A model generated the notes under the pieces. That model saw only the letters and a program-made list of their open reading frames with translations. It was not told where the DNA came from and made no database searches. This document shows, piece by piece, positions 1 to 12,222 of a stretch of DNA of 64,000 bases (positions are counted from its first letter, which is position 1; each line of letters opens with the position of its first letter). This stretch comes from Balanoglossus misakiensis (taxonomy: Eukaryota; Animalia; Hemichordata). The stretch covers positions 6,127,705 to 6,191,704 of the forward strand of contig CM082587.2 of NCBI GenBank assembly GCA_040954595.2. The letters run 5' to 3'. Both the position numbers and the translations under genes were made by a program.

Positions 1-3000
1 AACGTGGTGTGTGAAATCCGACCAGAAAATCTACCTCGGAAAATTTTGAGGTTTTTTTGGCACCGAAAAAGATCCGACCACTTGTGTCAGATGAACGACA
101 GGTAGAATGGGAAACGTCACCCTCAATGTTTGACCCTCATTATCACACACCAGAATTTATAGGTTTATGGATGGCTATTTCTGAAGCCCATATTGCTGGA
201 ATTTTATAGGTATGCAGACAATATGCATAGGAACCGTTCATAGCTGAGGATTTAATGACAAACAGCAATAACAAGTCTGGATCTTACTAAAGGCAAAAAC
301 CTGACCAACTTTTTTATGAAATGTTTCTTAATATTCACTGAACTGTTGTAACTATAGGTGCACAGGGGTTTGCCATCGTGGTATTAAGTACATGTTGTTA
401 TTTATGATTGCCGGGTCAACGGAGCAGATTAGCATGGGTGTGTGAGTGCTGGCCAAATCGATTATCCTCTATGAAGGGGCATATATCACTGGAACAAAAA
501 ATACATTTAAAGGGCGAATCTGACGTTACTGTACTTCACGTCACCGGTTCACTTCGTTGGAATTGTTCCGCGTCAGCACTGAGGCGCCAGCGATTGTTAC
601 CGCGATCCAGGTGAGGCCGGTTCCCCCATAAATTATGTGAAACACATACGCGAGCAGTGCCACGTTTATGGGTCTTGCTCGGCACCATAATCCATGGTCG
701 TTTTGCATCACAGGGCGTCAACTTTCCCCCCTATTTATGTCAGCTTGAACCCCTTTCACGTTGTCCGGAATACCTTTGGCCATGACCTGTAGTCTAGACC
801 CCCCCCCCCCCCACTCTGTTACTCTAGGAGTGATAATGACCAATCTTGCTCGCTAATGACACGGTTCGTGACCCCGAATTACACACTGACCACGGCGTTC
901 ATTCCAACGTCGCCTTGACTGCGGAGAAATAAATGTCTTAGTGTGGTTGCCGTATCGAGGTGTGTATTGTAATTAGCAGATGGCCCAAGAGATGATATAT
1001 CCAGATAATACTAGTATATCCACGCCACCTTCATTGCGGCACAAATGAGGTCACTAGTTTTGAAGAGAAACCGAGCAAAATTTCGACAGATGAAGCAGCC
1101 ATCTTGTTGAGCGGGAATTGGCCGCATGTGACTCAAAAATCACACGTTGTAATAAAAATACAGTCGCCCTGGGTTTTTTTCTGGTTAAGCAAACAGATTA
1201 AGTCGATCCATCCTAAAACAGAGCGTGCATAACGGTCTGTTTCTGCAGGAGACAATCCACAGTGCATAATCGGTTTAGGGTCAGATTGTGATTTCGTTTC
1301 TTTGTGTATGAAATGAAGTCGTCATCTTTTGCGAACAAATACATTTTTCGCTGTAACGAAAGTTACTTCCCGAGATTCTAGTGCACACAGGCGGGGCTGA
1401 AATTCTTATCGGGCGTATTTTCACCCATGCGGGGGTGAACTTCTGAAGTCAAACCACCTGTCATGGTGCCCGACCCACCTGAATGAAAAATGCAACAATA
1501 GCTATGTAGAAACAATAACCTACTTCAAGGCAACGGTGCCAACGCGTTACAAAATACACGTAACAATACTGCGCTGCCTGACCTGACACAGCCAATATTT
1601 CAAGTGGCGCAGGTTATCACGCCAAATGTCCAAATCTGCCACACCCCATCAGAATACCAAGTCAACCTCTCGAAGTACACATCATAGATCTGTCTATGTA
1701 CATACTTAACTGAGCGAGCTCAAATACAATGCTACACACCTACATGTCAACCCACACTGACGCCAAACAAAGCCGACCCGAACGCTAGCCACTGACCACA
1801 GTACAGTACTAAACAAGACAATACGAGACAACAAAAGCACAACACAACACAGCTCAGCACAACAAAACGCAAGCATCTGCTACGCAAAAACACAGCCAGT
1901 GCGGTGACTTTTTGGACAGTATTCAGAAATGTACAAAGCCAAACAAAAAGGCGGAAGTAACGAAAAAATAAAGTTTTACATGCATACATCATCGCCATGG
2001 TGAACCCCAATAGTTTGTGTGGTCATGTCAAACAGGGAAAATTCATTAGTGGCTTAATTTTCTCGCAACTAGCAAAAATAAGCAGTGATTAGAGTTCTAC
2101 TAGTATCACCTGTTCCGAATAATGTACTATGACGCCCGTTGCCGAGTCACGATTGAGATGACCCGTTATGAGTTATCTGGATAGGGCTTTAATTTAGAAG
2201 AGGAACCGATGATCGAAATTACACAACAGTATTAGCACAGTCAATGTAATTGTCCTCGTGATAAGAGAGTGCATAGGGGCGATATCCTTTTGAACGCGGG
2301 TACACCTGCATAGGTGGTATATAGTGTCATTTTGAAGTTTGAAGTGGTATTGTAATAAATTGATCATGAGTATTTTGAGAGTTTCCACCCAAAATTCCTT
2401 TGTTTGACCGGCAAACGTTGAGAAGAGGGGGCGGATGCATTGTTCAACTTTGATTGTCACTGACTGAGAATACATCATTTCAATCTTTATCATTTGGGAC
2501 CGACCGACCGACCGACAAAATAACCATTCAAATGATAAAATTAATTATTTTTTTCTGTGTGGCATATGGAGGAAATAGGCTTCCTCACCATAAAGTCTGG
2601 CTTATGCGATTATGAGTATGTACGTCACCGATACTAAAGTGACCTAAAATCGATGATCCGAAAGTGACCCCTCAGTTCAGCTAAGGTGGCCGGGGTGGTA
2701 ACAGCGGCTGGTCACGTCGACGATGGATGCGTGTACAATCACGGTTGTACTGTACTGATCATGTCGCTCTATATAAATTAGCGGGCACATAGCAAAATGG
2801 GTGATTTTTTATTAATGTAATATGTACCAGACAGTCCATACGGTGCGCTAAAATAAACACATCTGGGGACCGGCTTATTCGGCGCATATGAGTTTGCATT
2901 TTGACGGAGACGGGTATGTTTTGCACCAGAAATGGGATTATTACTTCTTACGCGGTTGCCTATGCTTTTATTTACAGTAGCAGGGCAATAAATGGGCGGA

Positions 3001-5501
3001 AAGCTCAAAGGGCCAATAAAATTCTCGGCGTTGGTAAAACGTTTGGAATGTTCATTACTGCGCCAGAGTTAGCATTTCGGGGCGCGTCCTTTATGGGTGC
3101 AAAGAAACGCTGGTCCTGACATTCTATCCCGGCATGCTATTCGGACGCGATGCGATGGACCCGCAGATAAAGGCAGCATCTATTTAAAATAACTGTTATG
3201 CACCCAGGGTTAACGTGAGTCAATTAAATTGTGAGAAACATCAAAGGTATCTAAAGCTACTGACGTTAAAATCTCGCCCGGTTTGCTGGCTAAGTATTGC
3301 CATAGTATTTTAGGACGAGTTGAGCTTGGGAGCTCTCTTTCTTACCCTACCAGTTCTCCAAGGCGCATGCGCCCAGTAATACCCCGCAAATTGGTACACA
3401 CCCGCGTTTATCAACAAATAAAGTTGTTTACCATGTAGAAAACACGGGTAAGAGGCGGGGTCTTGTAATTAGAAGTACCACATTCCACAGACTCCGAGCC
3501 AAATGCGACTTTCAGTGACAGAATCTAAAAAACTCAAACGGCTTAAACCTCATAGCCTTCTGAGGTCTATATTAGATATACTAAAAATGGCGTCTTTGAA
3601 TTTTACCCTTTTAAGTTTGCAAATTCGACCAATATGCCCCGACGAAATTTATCAAATGGTGTAAACATACTTTAATTGCAGCGGTTAACAGAAGAAACAT
3701 TATTTACTCGAAAGTCACGTTTTTGAGTTGTCGCACTATAGTTCTCAAGATTCGTCATTTGGCCATACATGCAAATTCAGAAAAAAACGCGAACCGAACC
3801 GACTCCGGAGCCTCCAAGAGCGAAGGACTTCTGCGGTTGCCTTGGGGAAATATCAAGATTGGCGTGATATCTACTGACGGAGAGAATAACACAGTCTGAG
3901 TAAACACGGACTAGTGCAGTTCTCGAGGTCGAGTGATATTGCCGACCGTGATATGCCAAGCAAGCCAGGGCATGCACCATCTATATACACAGTCGACAAG
4001 TCAAACTCAATGAGACAACCCGATAAGCAAATATGTCTCTCACTTTGCACACAGTATCTTTCGAGGTTCAAAGCCCGATAGCTGTCTTAGGTCGAAGTCC
4101 AAGAATGGCGTATTGACATTAGAGTCAGCGGCATACCGAGGACACCGATCCGCTCTATACATGAACCCCAACGTGATATTTCGACGGACGGACGGTCGCG
4201 CGCGGGCCCGTCCCTTGAATTAAAGTCTGTGTATCATTCAGTGAACCCGCAAAGGAACGAAATAAGCTAAACAATAATGTTTTCGGTCCAGTGCAAGTCT
4301 TTAGATACTATGACTCTCATGCTGTCGACAAAGCACTTGACCTGCTATTAACGGACACCTTTAAGCACGAGCAAACCCACGGAATCACAGTTTCCATTAG
4401 TTGTATAGGATGGAAATTACATTTTTGGAGTAAAAGTATACGGCAAACGGAGGATGTACTACCAAAACTAACGAATACCATTTGTTCACTTTGCACTTGT
4501 AAAGCGTTGGACTCAAACGACGGAGAACCAAATGCGCGACCGCCGGCGCCCGTCGCTCACTGACGGCCAAACGCCGATGCGAACCACGGCCGCAACCACC
4601 TGTTGCTGGCGACCACTTGTCACGTGCCTTGCCAACGAGGCGTTTGGGCCTCGGTACTGAAAACACACGCAAGCCTTCGAGCAGATCACAGCAACCCATT
4701 TGTCCGGTTCCGATCAACGGTTATCACTATACGCTTGAGAATTAATGTAACTAAGGCGTACAGAAACAGTGAAAACACATGACAACTCACAGAGTGGCCG
4801 AAAAACAGACCAGAACGACTGAATTTCAAAGCAACTGAAACATAACACTATCACGGTGGGTTTCTCAGGCAGTACCGCGTTTCGAAGTAGTTAGAGATAA
4901 AGAGAAAACAACTTTGTGCTAACGACGATATATGTTACCTGCAATTTCAAGTTACTCCTGGACAGGAACTGCTGCGCGGAATGTGACAATATCCAATCGA
5001 ATAAATTTATACCCCCTGTGTGGCCTAAATAGGGAACGCACCCCTACACACATTAAATTGGGGACACCGCATATGAGTATCCATCCCAATATAAAAATTT
5101 CAAAATTGTCCTGAACGCGCACAATAAAAGTGAGATACTCTGGCGCAACTGAATGGTCCCAAGGAAGGACCTGGGAAACAGAGCCAAGGCAGAGAGTGTT
5201 GCAAAATATACCAAATTTGTACAATACTTTTCCAATCGTGCCAACCCCCTGTTAGGCTGTTATCGTGTACAAATCATATCTGGATTACGCTCTTCCATGA
5301 AGCGGCTCACCCCCACCCACCCACCACCCACACACAACCACGGACAGCTCCGTTAGTCCTGTGAGATCTACTATGCACAGGCGGTGACCACTGACCGTAC
5401 GTCAAGAGCCTGACCATTGACCACTGCATGATTAAGCGTCACGGTGACCATTGACCCCCCCAAAAACCCCAACGGTCAGCATGAATATCTGGAACATCGC
5501 A

Positions 5502-6040
5502 CTAGCTATCTCTAGCTATGTCGGTGAAAACGAAAGTTCGGTCGTCGACGTAAAGAATTAAACGCGAAGCTGCACGATGCTTTCTCACCCCCAGTGCACC
5601 ATAGGAATGAAGTCCGATGGATCTTGGGAGTGACGAGATGCAGCGGTAAATTTGAATGATATCACGGTGATTGTTTCCTTCCGCCTGGATTTGTTCTTGT
5701 AGCAACGAATCGCCTGTCGGGCCGACGAGAAAAAACACGCACCACAGAATCACCAACTGAATCACCGAGATTGTTTGCCCACGTTTCTCTCACGGCAGCG
5801 CGAGTAGCGCCCTCGTCCGGCAAAGATGAAATAACAATGAGCAGTGTCACAGTGGGAAAATTGGCACGGTTTTTAATTGTTGGCTCACCCTGCAAAGTCG
5901 TGGTGTATACTATCAAAATTCCGTAGCTGAGTAGGTAACTTGCCAGAATGCTGACCAGACAAAACCAGCATGATTATATCGATTGAAATACTAATCCAAA
6001 CGCTCACCTTCGCGCAGGACGTTGTCCGAGTTCCAACACC
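5502..6040 (-). pseudogene. Degenerate beta-1,3-galactosyltransferase (GT31)-like remnant
   Basis: Three overlapping minus-strand frames give GT31-like motifs in the expected order: hydrophobic KVSVWISISIDIIMLVLSG (TM-like); TLLIVISSLPDEGATRAAVRETWA (cf. LLILVxS...RRxAIRxTW); a +1 shift in the T6 run at 5730-5735; VFLVG...LLQEQIQAEGNNHRDIIQ; and RLILYVDDRTFVF (cf. YxxKxDDDxFVN). There is a stop at 5502 and no C-terminal half is visible. Confidence 0.6.
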
Positions 6041-9000
6041 GATCGGAACTGTTGATATGTGCAGCATCCAGAATGAGAAATGCATATAGGTCCTCTGAGG
6101 GTGAAATTTCGCCATTATCAACACGTTGTACACGGAAAATTGACGCCGTGTATTTCGTCCCATCGAAGGCTGTCCACGTGACACTTGAATCAATTCACCC
6201 CGTTGTTACTTATAAGATAACTTCGTTACCGCTAGGACTTTTATCCGCCGGAAGCGTCGTTTCAGTGCATGTACAGCACGCTGAGACCTTCCACTGCCCA
6301 TCCAGAGCTCGCCACTCTGATTGGCTGAAGCAGCCGACGTGAAAAGTCGCCGATTCCGATTGGTCAGCGAGACACAAACGTCTAAATGGATACATCCGCG
6401 CTCAATTTCTCCCCTTTAATTTGATTTGTCGTGAGCGATGATCGCCGCATTGTCCCGCGTGCACGCTGTCCTCTTTAGTTTTTCACTGCTTTTCCGGTTC
6501 ACACCGCTTTCTGAAATTTCCCAGTACAGCTTTGAAGTCACTAAGGATCGGGGACGCGTCGCCAACCGACGTGCTCTGAATATTGCCAGACAAAATAACG
6601 CCGGCGGGTTGATTTACCTCGAACACATCATAGATCATGTCGCTTTTGCTTCGTGCACCTGCCAGGCGAAAAGGTGAACAAATCACCAGGATTCTCACCA
6701 GATGGCAACAGAAAAGGTCGCCACAATTCCTTTGAAGACAAAAAGACGCGTGTACATGGTCCATTCCGTTGCGTTATTCTTTTTTCTTATTTTATAGGAC
6801 CTTGCCCTTTAGCAGGTAATAAAAAGCTATTTAAGCATAGACAGTAGATTTAAGGTACGGGGAATTTTAAGACTTGTAGGAGATCGCGCACCTGGTAACA
6901 ACCCTTGTCGACTTCCGGGCCATCGCAATAAAGGAAAGATTCACGAGGTTCAATTGTTTCAATTGTCGGGCAAATTGGAACGACCGCAGGTGATGTTTAT
7001 CGTTCCTTCGACAACTGTGTAGCCCCGGGGGGTTAGAACTATGGGTTATAACTACGGCTCGAGTAACCATGGATACCGTCACACAGAGGCGCGGAGAAGG
7101 CCTTATTTTTTTCTGTCGTTTATTATGATGACTATACACTTGTGCGATTTTCAATTCAAATATCTTGGGATTAAACGAGTGCTTATACAAGGACGTAGAA
7201 CACGCATGGGCCTATACACTAAAGGTCAGTGTCGTTAGCAAATAATTATCTCAAGGTATTCCCAAAGCGCAGAAATTAAGCGACGAAATTGTCGTCGTAA
7301 ATAGAAGAAATTATCATCATTAGAAAAGAATTACCTACTACTCATGCAATTTTTCCCCAACTGCAATGAATTTTACAGTACGCTATTTATAACGATATCC
7401 TTCAAATGCATTGCCTAAAAAAATCCACAGCAACGGTCTAAGAAAAAAACGCAGCCGAAAAAATATCTGAAACACGGTTAGAAATTCGAACGATGCTATA
7501 AATGGCCGATAAAGGACGTATAAGCCATGAAATATGTGACAGTATATTTTATCATTGGACCGTACCTTGAGAAGGGAAAATAAATATTGCCAACCGTACT
7601 TCCTCGAGGACAAACGCGATCTTGTAGCGCACAATATGACTGCTTTTATTACAAGCACAGTCTATCCATTTATCGGGATAACTAAAAGAGACACATACCT
7701 AGTAACAGAAGTCCCTTTCGGTTATTGGCGAGATTATATTCTTTGTGCGGTGTTCTCGGGAGATGCAAACGTTTATATTGGATCTGAAGCCCACGCGAGA
7801 GCACGGTTCCGCACCGTCAGATTAGATAGAAGGAAAACGCCGCGTTGATTAAAATTTCTCATGGAAAAGCAGATTGTCTTACCACAAATGTGCAAAAAAA
7901 ATTAAGTTACTTCAACACAAGGAAAATTGACCTTTCGAAAATAAAAATAAAATTATATGTATACTATTTGGTTAATTGCACAAAGTAACGTCGTGTTAGC
8001 TGTATATGAAGACAACTTGGCCGTTTGCCCGCCGATTATCACTCTCGTTGTCTGATATACCACCTGTCGTAAAGTGTCATTTGGTGGCTCCTGCATAAAT
8101 TGTATGACATGATTAATAACAGGCAGTCGAGCATTTTGTATACAGATGTATTTTGACGAGATGTAAAATCTTGTGAGCACAATAACACTTAAGACTGGCG
8201 CCATGATCTTCTCCTGGGAGCAGAACACTTCAAAACAATCACTTGTTTGCTACAGACCTATACATAAATAAATTAATGTACACCGCCAAAAGGGGGCAAT
8301 CAACATTACTTAGCTTGGAATATTGCTGTCTTCTCTGTGGGCATGGACACAGAGCAAACAGTTCTTATGTCAATCAGGATGCTAAAGTAGTCTTGTTTTC
8401 GCTCAATAAGTTGGGGCCGTCCAAAGTGTTTGTCTTCCGCGCCCTTGTGATTCGTTTGACAGAAAATCCCAAGACATTCTGACACTCTACCTTATCACGG
8501 AGTAAAACGACGCTAAAGTGTTGCTTCTGCATAATATTGCTACTGACGTATTCTCTTGGGTGCCAATGAATGTTTCAGCAAGAGAAGGGAAGTCTTCGAA
8601 ATGCGGGTTTAATGTTGTTTACGCTGTGTCATAGAAAGAGCTCGATAAATTCGAACCATGCGTTACAATATGTAGAAAACTTTCATTTTCTCGCAAAAGA
8701 GAAGGCAAATTTCACTGTTACAGAGATTACCGTTGGGAAATTTGAAATATAACTGATCACAGAGACAACTTAGATTGTGGCCTACGGCGTCACTGGGTTG
8801 CGAAGATAGAAAGTCTGGGAAAACGCAAAAATTGATTATCGACAAATATTGTGAAGCATGCGAAGAACTCCTGAAAAGGGTGCATGTACAATTTTGTTTA
8901 TCTTGCGGTATCAGCAGTTGAGTTTAGGGAATATTCTCTCAAATATTTTGCATTGATCTTGCCCATGGCAGTTTGTGAACTGTAACCCTTCCCTAGAACC

Positions 9001-9665
9001 CCCTCCAAATCCCCCAGCCCCTTCCAGAGAATGACTTAAGGTCATGTGACGTTTTCTCGCTGGGGATTTGCAAGGTCACGTGGGCGACCGTTTAGGGCGG
9101 CCATGTTTGTGGGGTCAAAATCTACCGCCATCTTCCCGTAGGTCAAATGAATACCCGGATGTACAACAAGCGTAAGGCCAGTGCAGAGGACAGTTACAGA
9201 CATACTGTGCGCACATATTCACTGAGTACAGATTTCACCTTTGGATTTCAAAAACAGGTTTAAAAACGTTTAACACAATAAGTTTTTTCTTAATATTCCA
9301 GATAAGGTCAATCCGTATGCCTACGCCATTGAATGTGAATTGATGTCCGGCACTGCAAATGGAGTACCAGACTTAAAAAATTGCTCGATATGTAGAACGT
9401 GTGACGAAGTAATTACATACAACACCACGTTTGTCTATGAAAATCCATTATGTGGTGTTGTCGTGAAATATTTAAGATATTTCAGTGGTGCTTCTGCATG
9501 ACCGGTTGTGTTCCATGTCCATTTGGTACTTAGAGGGCGCCGTACTATATCCGTCGTTTCACTCTCACTATTAATCGGCAACAGGTGGGTTACAATACGC
9601 AGTGTGACTTGGTTTTGTTTAGTTGTTTGTTCGTCCGACGTCAATCTACAGTCGTGACATGTCTA

Positions 9666-9779
9666 TCAGGGTATAAGCGCGTGCCATCTGGCTATTGGTT
9701 TATTCGATGTCGTCATTTCATTCCAATGAGCCAATTCTTCGCCTTCAGCATCATGCCCCAACAAGACTCGCCCAAGAAC
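9666..9779 (-). CDS. Synaptotagmin last coding exon (C2B end, WHxL motif)
   Basis: Acceptor ttcag at 9780-9784, then [37 protein letters not shown] and TGA at 9666-9668. Not in the supplied ORF track. Confidence 0.92.
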   Translation of the reverse strand, partial: VLGRVLLGHDAEGEELAHWNEMTTSNKPIARWHALIP

Positions 9780-12139
9780 CTGAAGTAATGAAACAAGAGT
9801 CGCGTGATTAGATCCGAGACATTTTTTTATGATTCTGTGTTACTCAATTCGCCTTGCAACTATCGCTAAGTTGGACATTTTGTGCAATGGCGCTGGTCAT
9901 AAATAATTAAACGAAACCGGGCGCCTGGCAGATGTCTAAGTTTAAACAATTCCACGTGCACCTATGTTATACTGCACCGTCGTTGTGCTGGGTTTGAGCA
10001 TAGACCCTAGGGTCTATGGTTGGAGTGAACCCTCTGGACATGTCTGAGCAATGGTTTCAGACGGAACGGGACGAACAGACAGGACCAATCACAGATCAAC
10101 AGGCTCCCAGCCTTAGGGCGGAAGAAACCGTAATGAAAAGCCTAACACGATTGAACAGTCAACATATCATCAATCAACGCCTTACGTTATACATGAAGTT
10201 GGACGGTCAGTTTATAGACGATACTACTCAATTATGTAGGATTAAACACTTGTCTGATTGAAGGATTAAGTTGGGAAGGAAACCGGAAATACGATGCTGG
10301 CAATCGAAACGAGGGCATAAATATTCTTCTTGCAGTCATGTGTAAATAAGATTTCTTTATAGAGTATCACTGGCAATTTAATTAACATCATAAATTTAGG
10401 AGATTAGGAGGAAAAATCTTGACAAATGAATGCCCCAAGACTTTGTTTTAGAAACCGAGAAGAAAAATGCCATCGTCAACGCCCGGGGTGGTATGCTGAA
10501 GTCAAATAGGATTGTTACTTCCGGTGTTCAGTGGTGAGGGCGCTTTCCAAATGGCAGCCACAATATTGAGTTTAGTCGATGTTCACATCGCTGGGTCAAT
10601 ATGAGGCGTACATGTCATAAACCGTCGGTGCTTGAATCATCAATTCGTCGAGACAATTAATGCTTGAGCTCACAATATTCATATTCTACGACCAATAAGG
10701 CAAGTACTGGTACGAGCACTTTGCGCATGTGCAGCTATAGCTTGCTCTCCGGGGAATATGTGCCCTTTAAATTGTCGTTTAATTACCGTCGCAAAATGGA
10801 AACTTGTTCATCCGCTCCAAGTCATAATATATCACCAGAGACTTGGGAATGGATTAGCGTTTCGAGAATCATATGCAATTTCTCATTGTTTTGTGACTTG
10901 CAAATCAAAATCAGCCGAACGCGCTGCTATGGTAGCAACTATGATCACCACACGATGTCGTGTGCCGGCGAGTGCGATCTAGTTCTGCGCATGCCTGCTT
11001 CGCTTACAAGCCTTCCCGCCTTCCAGGCACGCACATCGAATATAATGTGTTCATAATTTATGGCTGTGTGGTTTTCGAATGCACTCCCTATAACAAGCGG
11101 TCTCTTTGAAATTGGCCTCTAATGCGGGCCAGTGGAAGCGGCCAAGGGAGACATCAAAAATAAACCCAAGAAATTATGATTGTTATCGATATAACATATT
11201 TTCTTATTTCTCTTTATCCTGGTAATATTTCACTCTAGCAAGATATGATATTACTAATGGGCAAACGGAACAGAACTGAGTGTGAATGTTCTGCTTCTAC
11301 TTGTAAATGCTCACGCGCAGATTCCATTGAATTTTAAATGTCTTCTTCGGATACTTGGCTAGCAAACCGTTGCTAGGGCATTTAACCAGGTGTCGCGAGC
11401 CGCGATCTCGCAATGCGCGGAAAACATCCATTTCGCACACACAACAAGCTAAACCGACAAGTACATGTACTGAATCACCTGGCTGTTCGGATATAGGACA
11501 CACAATGGAGAACCGGGACATATGCGATGAACACGCCATTGCAATTGTAGACACTCGATACAGCATGCTATATCAAGTGTCTTTGATGCCATGGTCTCCA
11601 TAGCTACATACACCTCAGTAACATTGAAAACGACCGATCAGAACAACGTCACGATCTAAATAAGCTCATTCGTGTATCCTGTGTGTACGTGTGTGCGTTT
11701 ACTAAAATGTTCCCCTTTCTGCGGTTCGCGCCGTGAACAGTCGCATGGACGACCCATATTAGGAGTTGCTTATTAGCATAAAAATTAACATATCATTAAT
11801 ATGTAGAACGCCATCTGACCAATGACGTGCCCGGAAATACCGTAAATGCGACCCCAATACTTACATCATTCTGTCCCAGCCTGTGTTCGTGCATGATGTG
11901 AAACTCAAGGTAGAGGTGTCTCAGGAAATCTTGGCCAACGCTGAATACCAACGCTTCGTTAAAAACCGGATTGAGCGTGTGGTGTTTTGTCGACGTCTTC
12001 TTTTTCTTTAGGCGTTTTCCCGCGTAAAATATTGACACTTTCACGTATGGATCTGCAGAGGAGCAAATATATGACATTAATGTTGTGTTTAATCGCAAAT
12101 ATGGGCGGTGCGAAAAACACTGCGTTTTACACAATTTCA

Positions 12140-12222
<83 letters not shown>

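Noticed and set aside
5337-5351. ACCACGGACAGCTCC resembling an NRSE/RE1 site near a synaptic gene
   Set aside because: Only the right half matches; the TTCAGC half is absent and it lies about 4.3 kb downstream of the stop.
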